64,000 bases of DNA from Planctomycetota bacterium (GTDB taxonomy: Bacteria > Planctomycetota > UBA11346), in contig JBBRLJ010000011.1 in NCBI GenBank assembly GCA_038231435.1, positions 32,001-96,000 of the forward strand, written 5' to 3'. The first letter of the stretch is position 1, and each line of letters opens with the position of its first letter. Below, piece after piece: positions 35,233 to 45,402 of the stretch. A model generated the notes under the pieces. It searched no databases. It saw nothing but the letters and a program-made list of their open reading frames with translations, and was not told where the DNA came from. Both the position numbers and the translations under genes were made by a program.

Positions 35233-36771
35233 ATGACCCCCGGCAAAGCCGTCATCATCGGCTCCGGCCTCAGCGGCTTGACCAGCGCCGTGCTGCTCGC
35301 CGAGCACGGCTGGCAGGTGACGGTGCTCGAGGCGCACGCGATCCCGGGTGGGCTGATGCAGCGCTTCCGGCGCGGGCCGTACTGGTTCGATACCGGCTTC
35401 CATTTCATCACCGGTTCCGATCCGGGCGGCATCTTCCGCCGCATCGCCAAGCGGCTCGGCATCCTCGAGGGTATGCGCTTCCTGCCGCTCGACGTCGATG
35501 CGCAGTACCGCATCCACATCCCCGGCGAGCCGGCATTCGATTTTCCGGTCGGTCTCGACGCCAGCGCGCACGCGCTCTGCGCGCGCTGGCCGGACCAGGC
35601 ATCAGCCATCCATCGTTTCTTCGCCCAGCTGATGGGCGCAATGGGCGCGACCCAATGGCTCGATATCATCGTGCCCGCAGGCACGCCCGCGCCCGAGGTC
35701 GACGCACACGGCTCGATCAGCGCGATCCTCGACCACTGCGGCGTCTCCGGCCGCGCCAAGCAGGTCATCGGCTGCCTGGCTTCGATCCTGGCGATGAAGC
35801 CCGAGCGCTGTCCCCTCGATCTCTACGCCGGTTTCGCCGGCACCGCGCTCGCCGGCTCATGGCGCGCCGAGGGCGGCGGCGAGGCCATCACCGCTCCGTT
35901 GGTCGGTCGCCTGCGCGCGCTCGGCGGGCGACTCGCGCTGCGCCGCGGCGCTACCCGCATCCATTGGAGCGACCGCGCTGTCACCGGTGTCGAGGACGAA
36001 CGCGGCGAGTTGCACGCCTGCGACCTGTGCATCGCCACCTGCCACCCGGCCGAGACCCTGCGCCTGACCGGCGCCGACGGTTTCCGGCCAGGCCTCGCCG
36101 AACGCATCCGCGACACCCCGGACTCCGACAGCGCGGTGCTGGTCTATGCCGCGCTCGACCGCGCGCCGCTGGCGCTCGGCCGCCGCCACCATTTCGCGCG
36201 CCTCGGCAACCGCGAAGCGGACCTCGGCGACGTGTATTACCTGGCGCCGAGCAACTTCCATGAGACCGAGGCCGAGCAGCGCGATCATCCCTACCTGGAA
36301 GCGATGCTGTGGGTGCCATGCGACAGCGTCGCCGCCTGGAGCGCTTCGCGACGCGGCGCGCGGCCAGCGGAATACGCAGCCTGGAAGGCCGAGCGCGAGC
36401 GCGAGATCCTCGAGACCGTGACCCGCATCCATCCCGAGATCGCCGGTACCATCACCCGCACCTGGTCGTCATCGCCGCTGACGGTGCGGTTCTACACCGG
36501 ATCGCGCAATGGCGCGGCGATGGGCCTATCGCACGACATCGGCCATCTCGGCACCGAGCCGATGCAGCGCCGCAACCGTCTCAAGAACCTGTGCTTCGCC
36601 GGGCAGTCGATCGGCCATCCGGGCGTGGTCGGCACCATGATCGGCGCGTTCATCCTGCTCGAGAACATCCTGGGCGAGGATCTGCGCGCACAGGTGATGG
36701 CCGGTACCGGACCGGCCGCCCGGCCCCCCGACTCACGGCCCGATCAGCACGCCAGCACCGCGACGCCGTAG
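35233..36771 (+). CDS. FAD-dependent oxidoreductase, phytoene desaturase/retinol saturase-like
   Basis: IIGSGLSGL..A, E....PGGLMQRF.R....FDTGFH, SSPLT..FYTGS.NGA.MG, NL.FAGQ. Confidence 0.88.
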   Translation: MTPGKAVIIGSGLSGLTSAVLLAEHGWQVTVLEAHAIPGGLMQRFRRGPYWFDTGFHFITGSDPGGIFRRIAKRLGILEGMRFLPLDVDAQYRIHIPGEPAFDFPVGLDASAHALCARWPDQASAIHRFFAQLMGAMGATQWLDIIVPAGTPAPEVDAHGSISAILDHCGVSGRAKQVIGCLASILAMKPERCPLDLYAGFAGTALAGSWRAEGGGEAITAPLVGRLRALGGRLALRRGATRIHWSDRAVTGVEDERGELHACDLCIATCHPAETLRLTGADGFRPGLAERIRDTPDSDSAVLVYAALDRAPLALGRRHHFARLGNREADLGDVYYLAPSNFHETEAEQRDHPYLEAMLWVPCDSVAAWSASRRGARPAEYAAWKAEREREILETVTRIHPEIAGTITRTWSSSPLTVRFYTGSRNGAAMGLSHDIGHLGTEPMQRRNRLKNLCFAGQSIGHPGVVGTMIGAFILLENILGEDLRAQVMAGTGPAARPPDSRPDQHASTATP

Positions 36772-38711
36772 GCGCCCAGCACCACGCGACCGCCCGATAG
36801 CTCGCCGAGCAGCGCCTTCGCGCCCGCTGGAGCCGCGACATCCTTGGTCTCCTCGGTGTGGTTCACCAGGAACAGCAGCCGTCGGCCCGCGCCTTCGCGC
36901 ACCGACGCCTCGACGCCCGCGGGCGGCTTCACCAGCGCCACGATGTCGGCCTTGCCCAGGGCATCGGCGACCACCGCGTCGTGGAACGCCTCCTCCTTGA
37001 TATTGGCGGCGATGTAATAACCCCAGCCCGAGCCATGGCGATTGCGCGTCGCGGCCGCGAACGCGCGCATGTGCCAGGGCTCGTAGCGCACCAGGGTCTC
37101 GGCGGTCACGGGCGTCGCCCAATCGGTGAAGCAGTCGGCCGTGAATGTGCCGGGCAGCGTCTCGGTGCCGACCAGGGCGTAGCTGATGCCGCCCGCGAGG
37201 CTCTCGTATTCCTCGATGCTGATGCCGAGCGCCTCGCTCAACAGGCCCGGCAAGGTGCGCTCGTGGCAGCGGTCGTGCTCATCCTTCACACCTGAGCGGA
37301 TGCCGGTGACGAGCGTGCCGCCGGCCTTCACGAATGCGCCGAGCTGACGCGCCAGCACATCGGGCATGACGTGCAGCTCGGAAGCGACCACCATACGGTA
37401 CCCTGAGAGGTCCTGGCCCGGGCGGATCATGTCGACATTGATGCCGGCGCGCAGCAGCGCCGCTTGCCACAGCTTCATCTGGCCATGCCAGTTGTTCTCG
37501 CTGAAGCTCTTCTGGAAGCGCGTCGCCCAGATGCTGTCGTAGTCGTAGACGATCGCGACCTGGGCCTTCACCGTGGTGCCCTCGAGCTGCGGCCACAGCG
37601 CGTGGAGATCCTTGGCGGTCTGTGCGGCCTCGCGATAGCGGCGGCCTGGCTTGCCGTCGTGCCCGATCAGCCCGTGCCAGTACTGCTCGCGGCCCACCGT
37701 GCAGGTGCGCCAACGGAACCACACCATGCCGTCGGCGCCGTGCGCCACCTGCTGCATCGCCACCTTGCGCAGCTCGCCCGGCCGGACATTGCGCCCGAAC
37801 TCGCCCCAGCCGCACGGGCCCGCGGTCTGCTCCATGATCCAGAAGTTCCTGCGCTTGAGGCCGCGCATCACGTCGGCGGCGCCAGCGGCGTCGTACGGGA
37901 TCTCGGGCTTGCCCCACACCGGATAGTTGTCCCAGCTGACGAAGTCGAGATCGCTGGCCAGGTCGTAGTAGTCGAGATCGCTGTGATAGCCCATGAAGTT
38001 GTGGGTGATGAAGTGCTTCGGGCAGGTCTTGCGCAGGATGCGCACCTGGTCGCGCTGGAAGCGCACATTCAGCCACGACCCGTATCGCTGCCAATCCAAG
38101 AGCAGGCCGGGATTGTGCGCGTTCGGATCGTCGGGGATCTGGATCTCGCTCCACTCGGCGTAGGTGTGGCCCCAGAAATGCGTGCCCCACGCCGCGTTCA
38201 GATTGGTGAGGGTCGTGTGTTTGGCGCGCAGCCAATCGTGGAAATCGGCGCGGCAGGTCGGGCACGAGCACGGATTGTTGCCGAACTCGTTGTCGGTCTG
38301 CCAGCCGATGACGTGGGGATTCGCGGCGTAGCGCTCGGCCATAGCCGCAGTCACGCGCTCAGAGAGCAGGCGGTGCGCGCCAGAGGTGAAGCACAGGTGC
38401 TTGCGCACGCCCCAGACCATGCGCTGGCCGGTGGGCTTCATCGCCATGGTCTCGGGATACTTGCGCGCCATCCACGCCGGCGTCACCGCCGTCGGGGTGC
38501 CCAGGATCACGCGCAGCCCCTGTTCGCCGAGCACCGCGATCGCCTCGTCGAGCCAGGCGAATTCGTAGCGCCCTTCCTCAGGCTCCATGGCCGCCCAGGC
38601 GAATTCCGCGAGCCGCACCACGTTGAACCCGGCCTGCTTCATCAGCAGCGCGGACGGCTTCCAGGTCTCGCGGGGCCAGTGTTCGGGATAGTAGTCGACG
38701 CCGATGTGCAT
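36744..38711 (-). CDS. Beta-galactosidase, glycoside hydrolase family 42
   Basis: GVDYYPEHWP, RLAEFAW..MEP, WQTDNE (acid/base), CSCPTC, SWDNYP, IMEQ (nucleophile), GREQYWHG; overlaps the convergent gene by 28 bp. Confidence 0.95.
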   Translation of the reverse strand: MHIGVDYYPEHWPRETWKPSALLMKQAGFNVVRLAEFAWAAMEPEEGRYEFAWLDEAIAVLGEQGLRVILGTPTAVTPAWMARKYPETMAMKPTGQRMVWGVRKHLCFTSGAHRLLSERVTAAMAERYAANPHVIGWQTDNEFGNNPCSCPTCRADFHDWLRAKHTTLTNLNAAWGTHFWGHTYAEWSEIQIPDDPNAHNPGLLLDWQRYGSWLNVRFQRDQVRILRKTCPKHFITHNFMGYHSDLDYYDLASDLDFVSWDNYPVWGKPEIPYDAAGAADVMRGLKRRNFWIMEQTAGPCGWGEFGRNVRPGELRKVAMQQVAHGADGMVWFRWRTCTVGREQYWHGLIGHDGKPGRRYREAAQTAKDLHALWPQLEGTTVKAQVAIVYDYDSIWATRFQKSFSENNWHGQMKLWQAALLRAGINVDMIRPGQDLSGYRMVVASELHVMPDVLARQLGAFVKAGGTLVTGIRSGVKDEHDRCHERTLPGLLSEALGISIEEYESLAGGISYALVGTETLPGTFTADCFTDWATPVTAETLVRYEPWHMRAFAAATRNRHGSGWGYYIAANIKEEAFHDAVVADALGKADIVALVKPPAGVEASVREGAGRRLLFLVNHTEETKDVAAPAGAKALLGELSGGRVVLGAYGVAVLAC

Positions 38712-38918
38712 GGAGCCTCCGTGCGCGCTCGCGCGCGAGGAGGCTGTGTATCAGCCGGCGGCGCCGCGCCAAATGGCGCGATGCATCGACGCGCGTCGCT
38801 GAGTGCGTGACCTCCCTCGCGGGTCGGCGCCGAACTTCCCGCCGATCTCTCGCCGATCTCCCACCGATAGTCCGCGTGCGCTTGCCGTAGAGAAACCACC
38901 GGCTCGGTCGGGAGTCGT

Positions 38919-40619
38919 CTACTTCGTCGTCTCGCGCGACAACTGTTCGAGCCGCTCGCGGTCCGAACGGTACGCCGGCTGCAGGGTCTTCGCGCGCTCG
39001 AGCAGCTCGCGTCGTCGCGCCGGATCAGCGTTCGCCTGCGCGGCCAGCGCATTGGCCTCGAAGCCGTTCGGGTTCAGCTCGAGCAGCCGCGTCGCGTCCG
39101 CGCCCGCCTGAGCGGCGTCGTGCCTGCGCAACGCGCCGAGACAGTCCTCCTTGATGCGCAGGTATTCGTCCGCGTGCGCCTCCTCGAAATCGAGCTCGGG
39201 ATCGGACGGCAGCGATAGATCCTCGCCCAACGGGCCATCGAGCCCGAAGGCGCGCGCGCGACCGAGCCCGTGCGACGGCTCACATACCCACACCACGCCG
39301 GCGCTGACATCGGCGATGACCAGGTGCGCGCCGATCCAGGCGTTGATGGTGCTGCGATTTCCGAATCCGACATCTGCGCCGCCAGCGCCGGTGTGGTCGC
39401 GGCAGATCGCCAGCAGGGATGCCGGATCGTGCGTCGGGCGGGCGAGAAGCAGTTCCTCTGCGCGCCGGTAGCGCGCCGCGGTGGTGCTCGAGGCGATGCG
39501 CTCGGCGTTGGCCTTGTCGGTGGCCCAGGTGGCAGTGAGGAAGTGGTTGGTCAGCACCAGGTGGTCGTCGGCCATCTCGCGCACGCCCATCCCGTGCGGC
39601 CCGCTCTCGGCGACCACCACGCGGTTCTCGAGCGCGCTGGCGAGCAACACGCCGTCGGAGACGAACACGTTCGCCGCCTTCACCACCGCCAGCGCCTCAT
39701 CGATGGTCGCGCAGCGTTCGAGGATCTGGCGCACCACCATGACGATCGGTCGGCCGCAGAAATGCTGGCCCTCGGTGGCCGCCGCATTCAGGCTGACCCA
39801 GATGCCCGCGTCGTTGAGCCCGGTGACCGCTCCGGCCATGCCGCCCCAGGCCACCGACAGGAAGCGGTGCGACACGCGGCCGTCCTTCTCGCCGTACGGG
39901 GAGACGGTGTAGACGATCTTGTCGAGGTCGAAGCAGCGCCCGCCCTCGAAGTCGAAGAGCCGGCCGACCAGCACGTGGCCGTCGACGCTGCGCGCGCCCT
40001 TCACCGCCACCGCGGTGCAGCCGACCTGCGGCGGATGCACCAGGGGATTGTCGATCAGGTACTGGCTGATGTCGTGCAACGCGTGGTACTGCAGGCCGCG
40101 CGCGTACGACGGGCTCACCGCCAGGAACGGATCGTGCCAGGCGCCATGGCCAGCGGTGATCGCGCTGATCTCGCGCAGCTCGTCGGCGGTGAAATTGTCG
40201 TCGAGATGGCGGTTGTTCCAGTTGACGAAGCCGAGCAGCAGGTGGCGCGCCGCGAACGACGGCACGCGCTCGGTGAACACGCCCATCATGTCGGTCTCGA
40301 TGCGCGCCACGCGATCGCCGACCAGCACGCCCTGTGCGTAGCCGAAATCCTCGTGGCGACCCTCGAGATGCACATGGATCAGCTCGCCGATCTGTTCGCG
40401 GTAGCACGCGCCGGCAACGGTGCGGCCCCCCTGCTCGACCGGTTCGACCAGCGCGTTGAGCGTGAAGCGCGGCGCCGAGCGCGCGGCGAGCACCATGCCG
40501 AGCGCCGGGAATCCCAGGCCGAGCCACGCCACCGACAGCAGCGAGAGCGCGCCGGTCCAGCGCCCGATCCTCGCCAGGATGCGCTGTCCGTGCATCGCCG
40601 TGCCGTCGTCCGTGGCCAT
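38919..40619 (-). CDS. Peptidase C45 family Ntn-hydrolase/acyltransferase with N-terminal TM and C-terminal TPR-like tail
   Basis: ALHDIS...VG|CTAVAV autoproteolysis site, LVGRLFDFEGG, G.N..GI..SLNA, TNHF. Confidence 0.85.
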   Translation of the reverse strand: MATDDGTAMHGQRILARIGRWTGALSLLSVAWLGLGFPALGMVLAARSAPRFTLNALVEPVEQGGRTVAGACYREQIGELIHVHLEGRHEDFGYAQGVLVGDRVARIETDMMGVFTERVPSFAARHLLLGFVNWNNRHLDDNFTADELREISAITAGHGAWHDPFLAVSPSYARGLQYHALHDISQYLIDNPLVHPPQVGCTAVAVKGARSVDGHVLVGRLFDFEGGRCFDLDKIVYTVSPYGEKDGRVSHRFLSVAWGGMAGAVTGLNDAGIWVSLNAAATEGQHFCGRPIVMVVRQILERCATIDEALAVVKAANVFVSDGVLLASALENRVVVAESGPHGMGVREMADDHLVLTNHFLTATWATDKANAERIASSTTAARYRRAEELLLARPTHDPASLLAICRDHTGAGGADVGFGNRSTINAWIGAHLVIADVSAGVVWVCEPSHGLGRARAFGLDGPLGEDLSLPSDPELDFEEAHADEYLRIKEDCLGALRRHDAAQAGADATRLLELNPNGFEANALAAQANADPARRRELLERAKTLQPAYRSDRERLEQLSRETTK

Positions 40620-40723
40620 GCGGACAGGGTGATCGCGCAGGCGCGCCAGCAAGCGGCGTCAGCACGCGCGCGCCACCGGCCGCACGCTCCTGGCCCGTTC
40701 GCGGCCTCGGGCTAGTCTGGGGC

Positions 40724-41536
40724 ATGCGCGGGCACCTGTTCGTAGACGTGCCCCTGGTCGCCGCCGCGATCAGCCTGTACCCCGCGTATGGCCTCGCTCC
40801 TGTGGCGGGCCTGGCTGGGGCCGCCGCCGCGATCCACGCCTGGGCGGTCACGGATCCGCGCTGCAGCCTCTACCTGCCGGTGTGGTGGCGCCTACCTGTC
40901 GACGCACCGGGCTGCGCCTTGACCTTCGACGACGGCCCCAATCCCGAGGTCACGCCGCGGCTGCTCGATGCGCTGGCCGCGATCGGGCAGCAGGCGACCT
41001 TCTTCGTGATCGGCAGCCACGTGCGACGGCACCCGGAGCTTATCCGGCGCATGGTGTCCGAAGGCCACGCCGTCGGCCTGCACTCGGATACCCACAGCCG
41101 CCTGTTCAACTGCTGGCCTCCTGGCCGCGTCCGGCGCGACCTCGAAGCTTGCGCCGCTGCGATCGCCGATGCCGCGGGCATTCCGCCGCCGCGCCTGTTC
41201 CGCCCGCCCGTCGGCCTGAAGAATCCGATCGTCGGATGGGTCGCGGGCTGCATGGACCTGGTCGCCGTCACCTGGACCGCCCGCGGCCGCGACACCGGCT
41301 CTGCCAGCGCCCAGACCGTACGCGCGCGCCTCGAACGCGGACTCGTCAGGCGTGGGATCATGGTCATGCACGACGGCCATGAACCAGGCCGCGCCGGCGC
41401 CCGCGCGACCTGCCTCGAGGTCGTCCGCCTGCTCGACGCACCGCTGCGCGAGCGCAACCTGCGCAGCCTGCCCCTTGTCGCCGTGACCAAGGGCCTGGCT
41501 CTACGCACTGATACGGTGGCACTCGCGGAGCCATGA
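40724..41536 (+). CDS. Polysaccharide deacetylase (CE4/NodB-like) with N-terminal membrane segment
   Basis: ALTFDDGP, ATFFVIG, GH.VGLHSDTH, FRPPVG, MHD. Confidence 0.92.
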   Translation: MRGHLFVDVPLVAAAISLYPAYGLAPVAGLAGAAAAIHAWAVTDPRCSLYLPVWWRLPVDAPGCALTFDDGPNPEVTPRLLDALAAIGQQATFFVIGSHVRRHPELIRRMVSEGHAVGLHSDTHSRLFNCWPPGRVRRDLEACAAAIADAAGIPPPRLFRPPVGLKNPIVGWVAGCMDLVAVTWTARGRDTGSASAQTVRARLERGLVRRGIMVMHDGHEPGRAGARATCLEVVRLLDAPLRERNLRSLPLVAVTKGLALRTDTVALAEP

Positions 41537-41539
41537 CCA

Positions 41540-41618
41540 CGCAGCGTCGGTGGCTGCGGTAGGCACAGCGGCGAAGCCGCTCATGGGCATGCACAGCGGC
41601 GAAGCCGCTCATGGCCGT
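41540..41618. repeat. Degenerate copy of the 30653/30834 repeat with an internal 24-bp duplication (GCACAGCGGCGAAGCCGCTCATGG x2)
   Basis: Shares CGCAGCGTCGGT, AGCGGC[A/G]AAGCCGC and the terminal ATGGCCGT; duplicated units at 41563-41586 and 41591-41614. Confidence 0.75.
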
Positions 41619-42380
41619 CTAGAACGTCAGCCACTCCTTGGGCAGCAGGAGCATCGTTCCACCGAGGCCCGTCAGCGTCAGCACGATCCACTCGAAGCCC
41701 TTCTGCGGGATGCGCGCGTAGATCCAGCGGCCGCTCAACGCCCCGGCGATCACCCCCGCGACCACGCACAGGTCGACGCGCAGCGTCGCCCAGGTGATGA
41801 TCGGCTCGTCGAGTGCGAGATACGCCGGGACCTTGGCGAGATTGACGATCAGGAAGTACCATGCGCCGGTGCCCATGAACTGGTCCTTCGGCAGCGCCAT
41901 GCTCAACAGGTACACGTTCATGACCGGGCCAGCGGCATTGGCGACGGTGGTGGCGAAGCCGGCCACCAGCCCGAACACCGCGGCGCGGCGCCAATCAGGG
42001 CCAATGGCGACGTCGGGCGTACGCTTGCGCACCAGGTGCATGGCGATCATGCCGAGCACGATCGTGCCGATCATGAAGCGGAAGGTGTCGTCCGACAGCC
42101 GGCCCATGATCAGCCAGCCCACCACGCCGCCAGCAAGCACCCATGGGAACAGCCGCCACAGTGCCCACACGCTGGCGTGGCGGCGGTAGTACCACACCGC
42201 GAACAGGTCGGCGGCGCAGAGCAGTGGCAGCAAGGTCCCCGAGGCCAAACGCCCCTGACCGACCACCAGCACCATCAGCGGCACCACCATGATGCCAAGG
42301 CCCGGCACACCGGTCTTGGCCATGCCGACCAGCACCGCGCAGAATGCGGCGAGCGCCCACTGCCAGGGTTCAAGGTGCAT
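41619..42380 (-). CDS. TauE/SafE family membrane protein
   Basis: GMAKTGVPGLG, LPLL..ADL, GF.TTVANAAGPVMNVYLL, NLAKVP; about 8 TM segments. Confidence 0.88.
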   Translation of the reverse strand: MHLEPWQWALAAFCAVLVGMAKTGVPGLGIMVVPLMVLVVGQGRLASGTLLPLLCAADLFAVWYYRRHASVWALWRLFPWVLAGGVVGWLIMGRLSDDTFRFMIGTIVLGMIAMHLVRKRTPDVAIGPDWRRAAVFGLVAGFATTVANAAGPVMNVYLLSMALPKDQFMGTGAWYFLIVNLAKVPAYLALDEPIITWATLRVDLCVVAGVIAGALSGRWIYARIPQKGFEWIVLTLTGLGGTMLLLPKEWLTF

Positions 42381-42477
42381 CAGCGGGATTGCATCAGCGT
42401 GATTGGCGACGCAGCGTCGTGCCGTGCGCGCCGTAGCGCGCCGACGGGATCCGCCGCTCGCCACGACCGGACATGGG

Positions 42478-43377
42478 CTACAGCTCCGGATCGCGGCCGG
42501 TGAGCAGCCGGAAGGCCTCGACGTATTTGGCTCGCGTGCGCTGGATGACGTCCTCGGGCAGCTCGATGCCGGCGCCGTTCTTGTCGAATTTCACCGACTC
42601 GAGGTAATCGCGGACGTATTGCTTGTCGAAGCTGTTCTGGACCTTGCCTGCGCTGTATTGCGCGGCGGGCCAGAAGCGGCTCGAGTCCGGAGTGAGCACC
42701 TCGTCAGCGAGGATCACCGAGCCTGATTTGTCGGTGCCGAACTCGAACTTGGTATCGGCGATGATGATGCCGCGCGTCGCGGCGTAGTCGCGCGCCTTGC
42801 TGTAGAGTTGGATCGACTTGTTGCGCATCTGGTCGGCGAAACCCTGGCCGATCAGGCTCGCGGCCTGATCGGGGTGGATGTTGACGTCGTGCTTGCCGAG
42901 CTCGGCCTTGGTCGACGGCGTGAACAGCGGCTCGGGCAGCTTCGAGCTCTCGGTCAGCCCCGGGGGCAGCTGAATGTCGCAAACCGTGCCCTTGACCTTG
43001 TACTCCTTCAGGCCCGAGCCGGTGAGGTAGCCGCGCACGATCGCCTCGACCGGCAGGATGGTGAGCCGCTGCACCATCATCGTCCGGCCCTGCAGCTGGT
43101 CGCGGTACTTCTGCACCACCGCCGGCATCTTCGCCAGGTCGGAGGTCACCAGGTGGTTGGGGCCGATGTCCTTGAGCAGGTCGAACCAGAACAGGCTCAG
43201 CTGGGTGAGGATCTTGCCCTTCCCCGGAATGCCGTTGGTCATGACCACGTCGAAGGCGCTGATGCGATCGCTGGCGACGAACAGCAGATGCTGCGCATCG
43301 AGCTCGTAGACGTCGCGCACCTTGCCGCGCGCGAGCAGTTTCAGATCGGGACAGTGGCTGGTGACGACGGCTTGCAT
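42478..43377 (-). CDS. purC: SAICAR synthetase (ADE1-like long form)
   Basis: GKVRDVY, SDRISAFDV, EAIVRGYL.GSG, FTPSTKA, IADTKFEFG, DEVLTPDSSRFW, SFDKQYVRDYL. Confidence 0.97.
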   Translation of the reverse strand: MQAVVTSHCPDLKLLARGKVRDVYELDAQHLLFVASDRISAFDVVMTNGIPGKGKILTQLSLFWFDLLKDIGPNHLVTSDLAKMPAVVQKYRDQLQGRTMMVQRLTILPVEAIVRGYLTGSGLKEYKVKGTVCDIQLPPGLTESSKLPEPLFTPSTKAELGKHDVNIHPDQAASLIGQGFADQMRNKSIQLYSKARDYAATRGIIIADTKFEFGTDKSGSVILADEVLTPDSSRFWPAAQYSAGKVQNSFDKQYVRDYLESVKFDKNGAGIELPEDVIQRTRAKYVEAFRLLTGRDPEL

Positions 43378-43422
43378 GCGGTCTCCGGATGTCTTTCTGA
43401 GTTTTCTACAGGATCGCGGACG

Positions 43423-45207
43423 TCATTTCTGATCCATGACGCGCTGCATCTCTGGCTCGAACAGCTTGCTGCGATAGCTCGCGAGCGCGCGATGATAAGC
43501 CTCGGCCTCTTGCGCGCGCGTGGCCAGGTCGGTGGTGGGCTTGCCGGCATCGTAGCCGCGCGCCTGGATCAACTTCGCCTTCGGGATGTCGGCATTCGCG
43601 CCTGAACCGTCGTCGACCAGCGCCACCGGCCGCTCGGGCATGGCAAGGCTGGCCGCGAGCCGCTGGTCGGTGGTCGGCTGGCCGGACTGCGCTGGAGGCG
43701 CTGCCAGCTCCTCGGTCGGCGACAGCGCTGTCTGCTTGGGCGTGGCCTTCCACATCGCGCCTTCAGGCGAAGCGAGGTACGCAGCCAGGCCGCCGGGCCC
43801 GAGCTTCTCGGCGGCGGCGCGCGCGGCCTCGGCCTGTTTCATGAATTCGGCGTAGCCGCGCTGGCCTTTGAGATACGCGATGATCTGCGGCCTCACCTCG
43901 GCGAGCGGCTTGAAGCCGGCTTCCTGGCGGCTCTCCAGGCGCATAACCAGCCAGGTGGACGGCGGGCCGTCGGCCGGCAGAGCGCGACTGATGAACCCGG
44001 GTTCCTTGTCGTGGGAGAACAGACCGACCTGATCACGCATGGTGCCGAGATCGCCGAGTTTGAGCATGCGCGGTGGCTTCTGATGGGTCATCTGCTCGTA
44101 CATGCTGTCGCGCTCTGACGACGGCTCCTCGATCGAGACCTGCTCCTTGATCACCATGCCGGCGTCGAGCGCCGCCTGCTTGAACGCCGCGCTGTCCTTC
44201 TGGCCTTCGAGGCCCTTGTCCTCGACGATCGCGTCGAGCGCATCGGCGGCCTTCTTGGCTGCGTCGAGCGCGCGTTCGCTGGTCAGCCGCTCGATGATCA
44301 CGGGTTTCATCTCGTCGAGGGTCTTCGCCTCCTGGGGCGCCTCGGGCTTGGCATCGGCGGGCTTGGGCTTGAGGAAGTCGGGGTCCTTGGCGTGCGCATC
44401 GTAGTAGGACTTCACCTCGTCGTCGCCGACCTGGATCTTGGAGCGGGCGGCGGCCATGTCGGCATATGCGATGGTGACCGTCGCCGATTGCGGGCGGGTG
44501 AAGCGTCCGCGCTGCTTGGCGTAGGTCGGCTCGATCTCGGCGTCGTCGTCGGCGACGGTGGGCAGCAGCGAGGAGCCGTCGAGCACGGCCTCGTCGACCT
44601 GGACCTTGTCGTCGCGCACCAGCGTCACGGCCTCGGTACCGATGGAGAGCGGGATGGCCGGAGCCACGATGTGGCGGATGCCATAGGCCTGCATGGCGGT
44701 GCGTTCGGCGAGGTGGCGGCGCAGCTCATCGCGGGTGACCTCGTTCTCGCCGCCCTTGTGCTCGTTGAGCGCCTCCTTGTAGGTGCTGCCGCTCGGGAGC
44801 TTGCGCGCGAGGAAGTCGTCGACCAGGCGATCGAGCGCCTTGCCCGACGGCATCAGACCTTCCTGGTCCGCGACGCGCGAGATCTTGATCAGCTGGATGT
44901 ATCCTTCCTCCTTGTCGTAGGCGGTGCGCATGCCCAGGGCCTTGTCCAATTTATGATCGACGTTCTGGCGGATGGTGACCTCGCGCCGGTCGACGCCCTT
45001 GATGGGTGCCTGTCCGCCCTGGAGGATGCCGAGCGAGCCGGACATGCCGAACAGCGCTCCGACGATGATGATCAGCGTCCAGATGCCCAGCTGTTGGGCG
45101 AAGGTGATCTCCTTGGCCTTCGGCATCTGGTCGCGCGCGCCATCCGCGGATGGCGTGGATGGCGTCGAGGACGTCGTGCTCGGCTGGTCGGGCTGCTTGT
45201 CGCTCAT
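43423..45207 (-). CDS. PpiD/SurA-like membrane-anchored periplasmic chaperone
   Basis: N-terminal TM 'IWTLIIIVGALFGMSG'; 'V.DDEVKSYYDAH', 'KTLDEMKPVI.ERL' and 'FKPLAEVRPQI' PpiD-like helices; no clear parvulin signature. Confidence 0.7.
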   Translation of the reverse strand: MSDKQPDQPSTTSSTPSTPSADGARDQMPKAKEITFAQQLGIWTLIIIVGALFGMSGSLGILQGGQAPIKGVDRREVTIRQNVDHKLDKALGMRTAYDKEEGYIQLIKISRVADQEGLMPSGKALDRLVDDFLARKLPSGSTYKEALNEHKGGENEVTRDELRRHLAERTAMQAYGIRHIVAPAIPLSIGTEAVTLVRDDKVQVDEAVLDGSSLLPTVADDDAEIEPTYAKQRGRFTRPQSATVTIAYADMAAARSKIQVGDDEVKSYYDAHAKDPDFLKPKPADAKPEAPQEAKTLDEMKPVIIERLTSERALDAAKKAADALDAIVEDKGLEGQKDSAAFKQAALDAGMVIKEQVSIEEPSSERDSMYEQMTHQKPPRMLKLGDLGTMRDQVGLFSHDKEPGFISRALPADGPPSTWLVMRLESRQEAGFKPLAEVRPQIIAYLKGQRGYAEFMKQAEAARAAAEKLGPGGLAAYLASPEGAMWKATPKQTALSPTEELAAPPAQSGQPTTDQRLAASLAMPERPVALVDDGSGANADIPKAKLIQARGYDAGKPTTDLATRAQEAEAYHRALASYRSKLFEPEMQRVMDQK

Positions 45208-45402
45208 GGGTCCTCGCGGCGAATGGCCGTGGAGACTAGGGCGCCCTCCCGACTAGGCAACCCAGGGAGCCAGGCCCCAAGCGACTGCCCGCCGAGGGTT
45301 TCGGCTTTGGGAAAAACCGCGTGGGCGAGCATCGGGCTGAAACGGGAAGCCCGCGAAAGACGCTGGCCGGAGCGTCGAGCCTGCCATGATCGCCGGCCCC
45401 CC

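Noticed and set aside
35233..36771. Carotenoid biosynthesis (crtI)
   Set aside because: No crtB or crtE nearby; the fatty-acid/APE-like context fits a different role.
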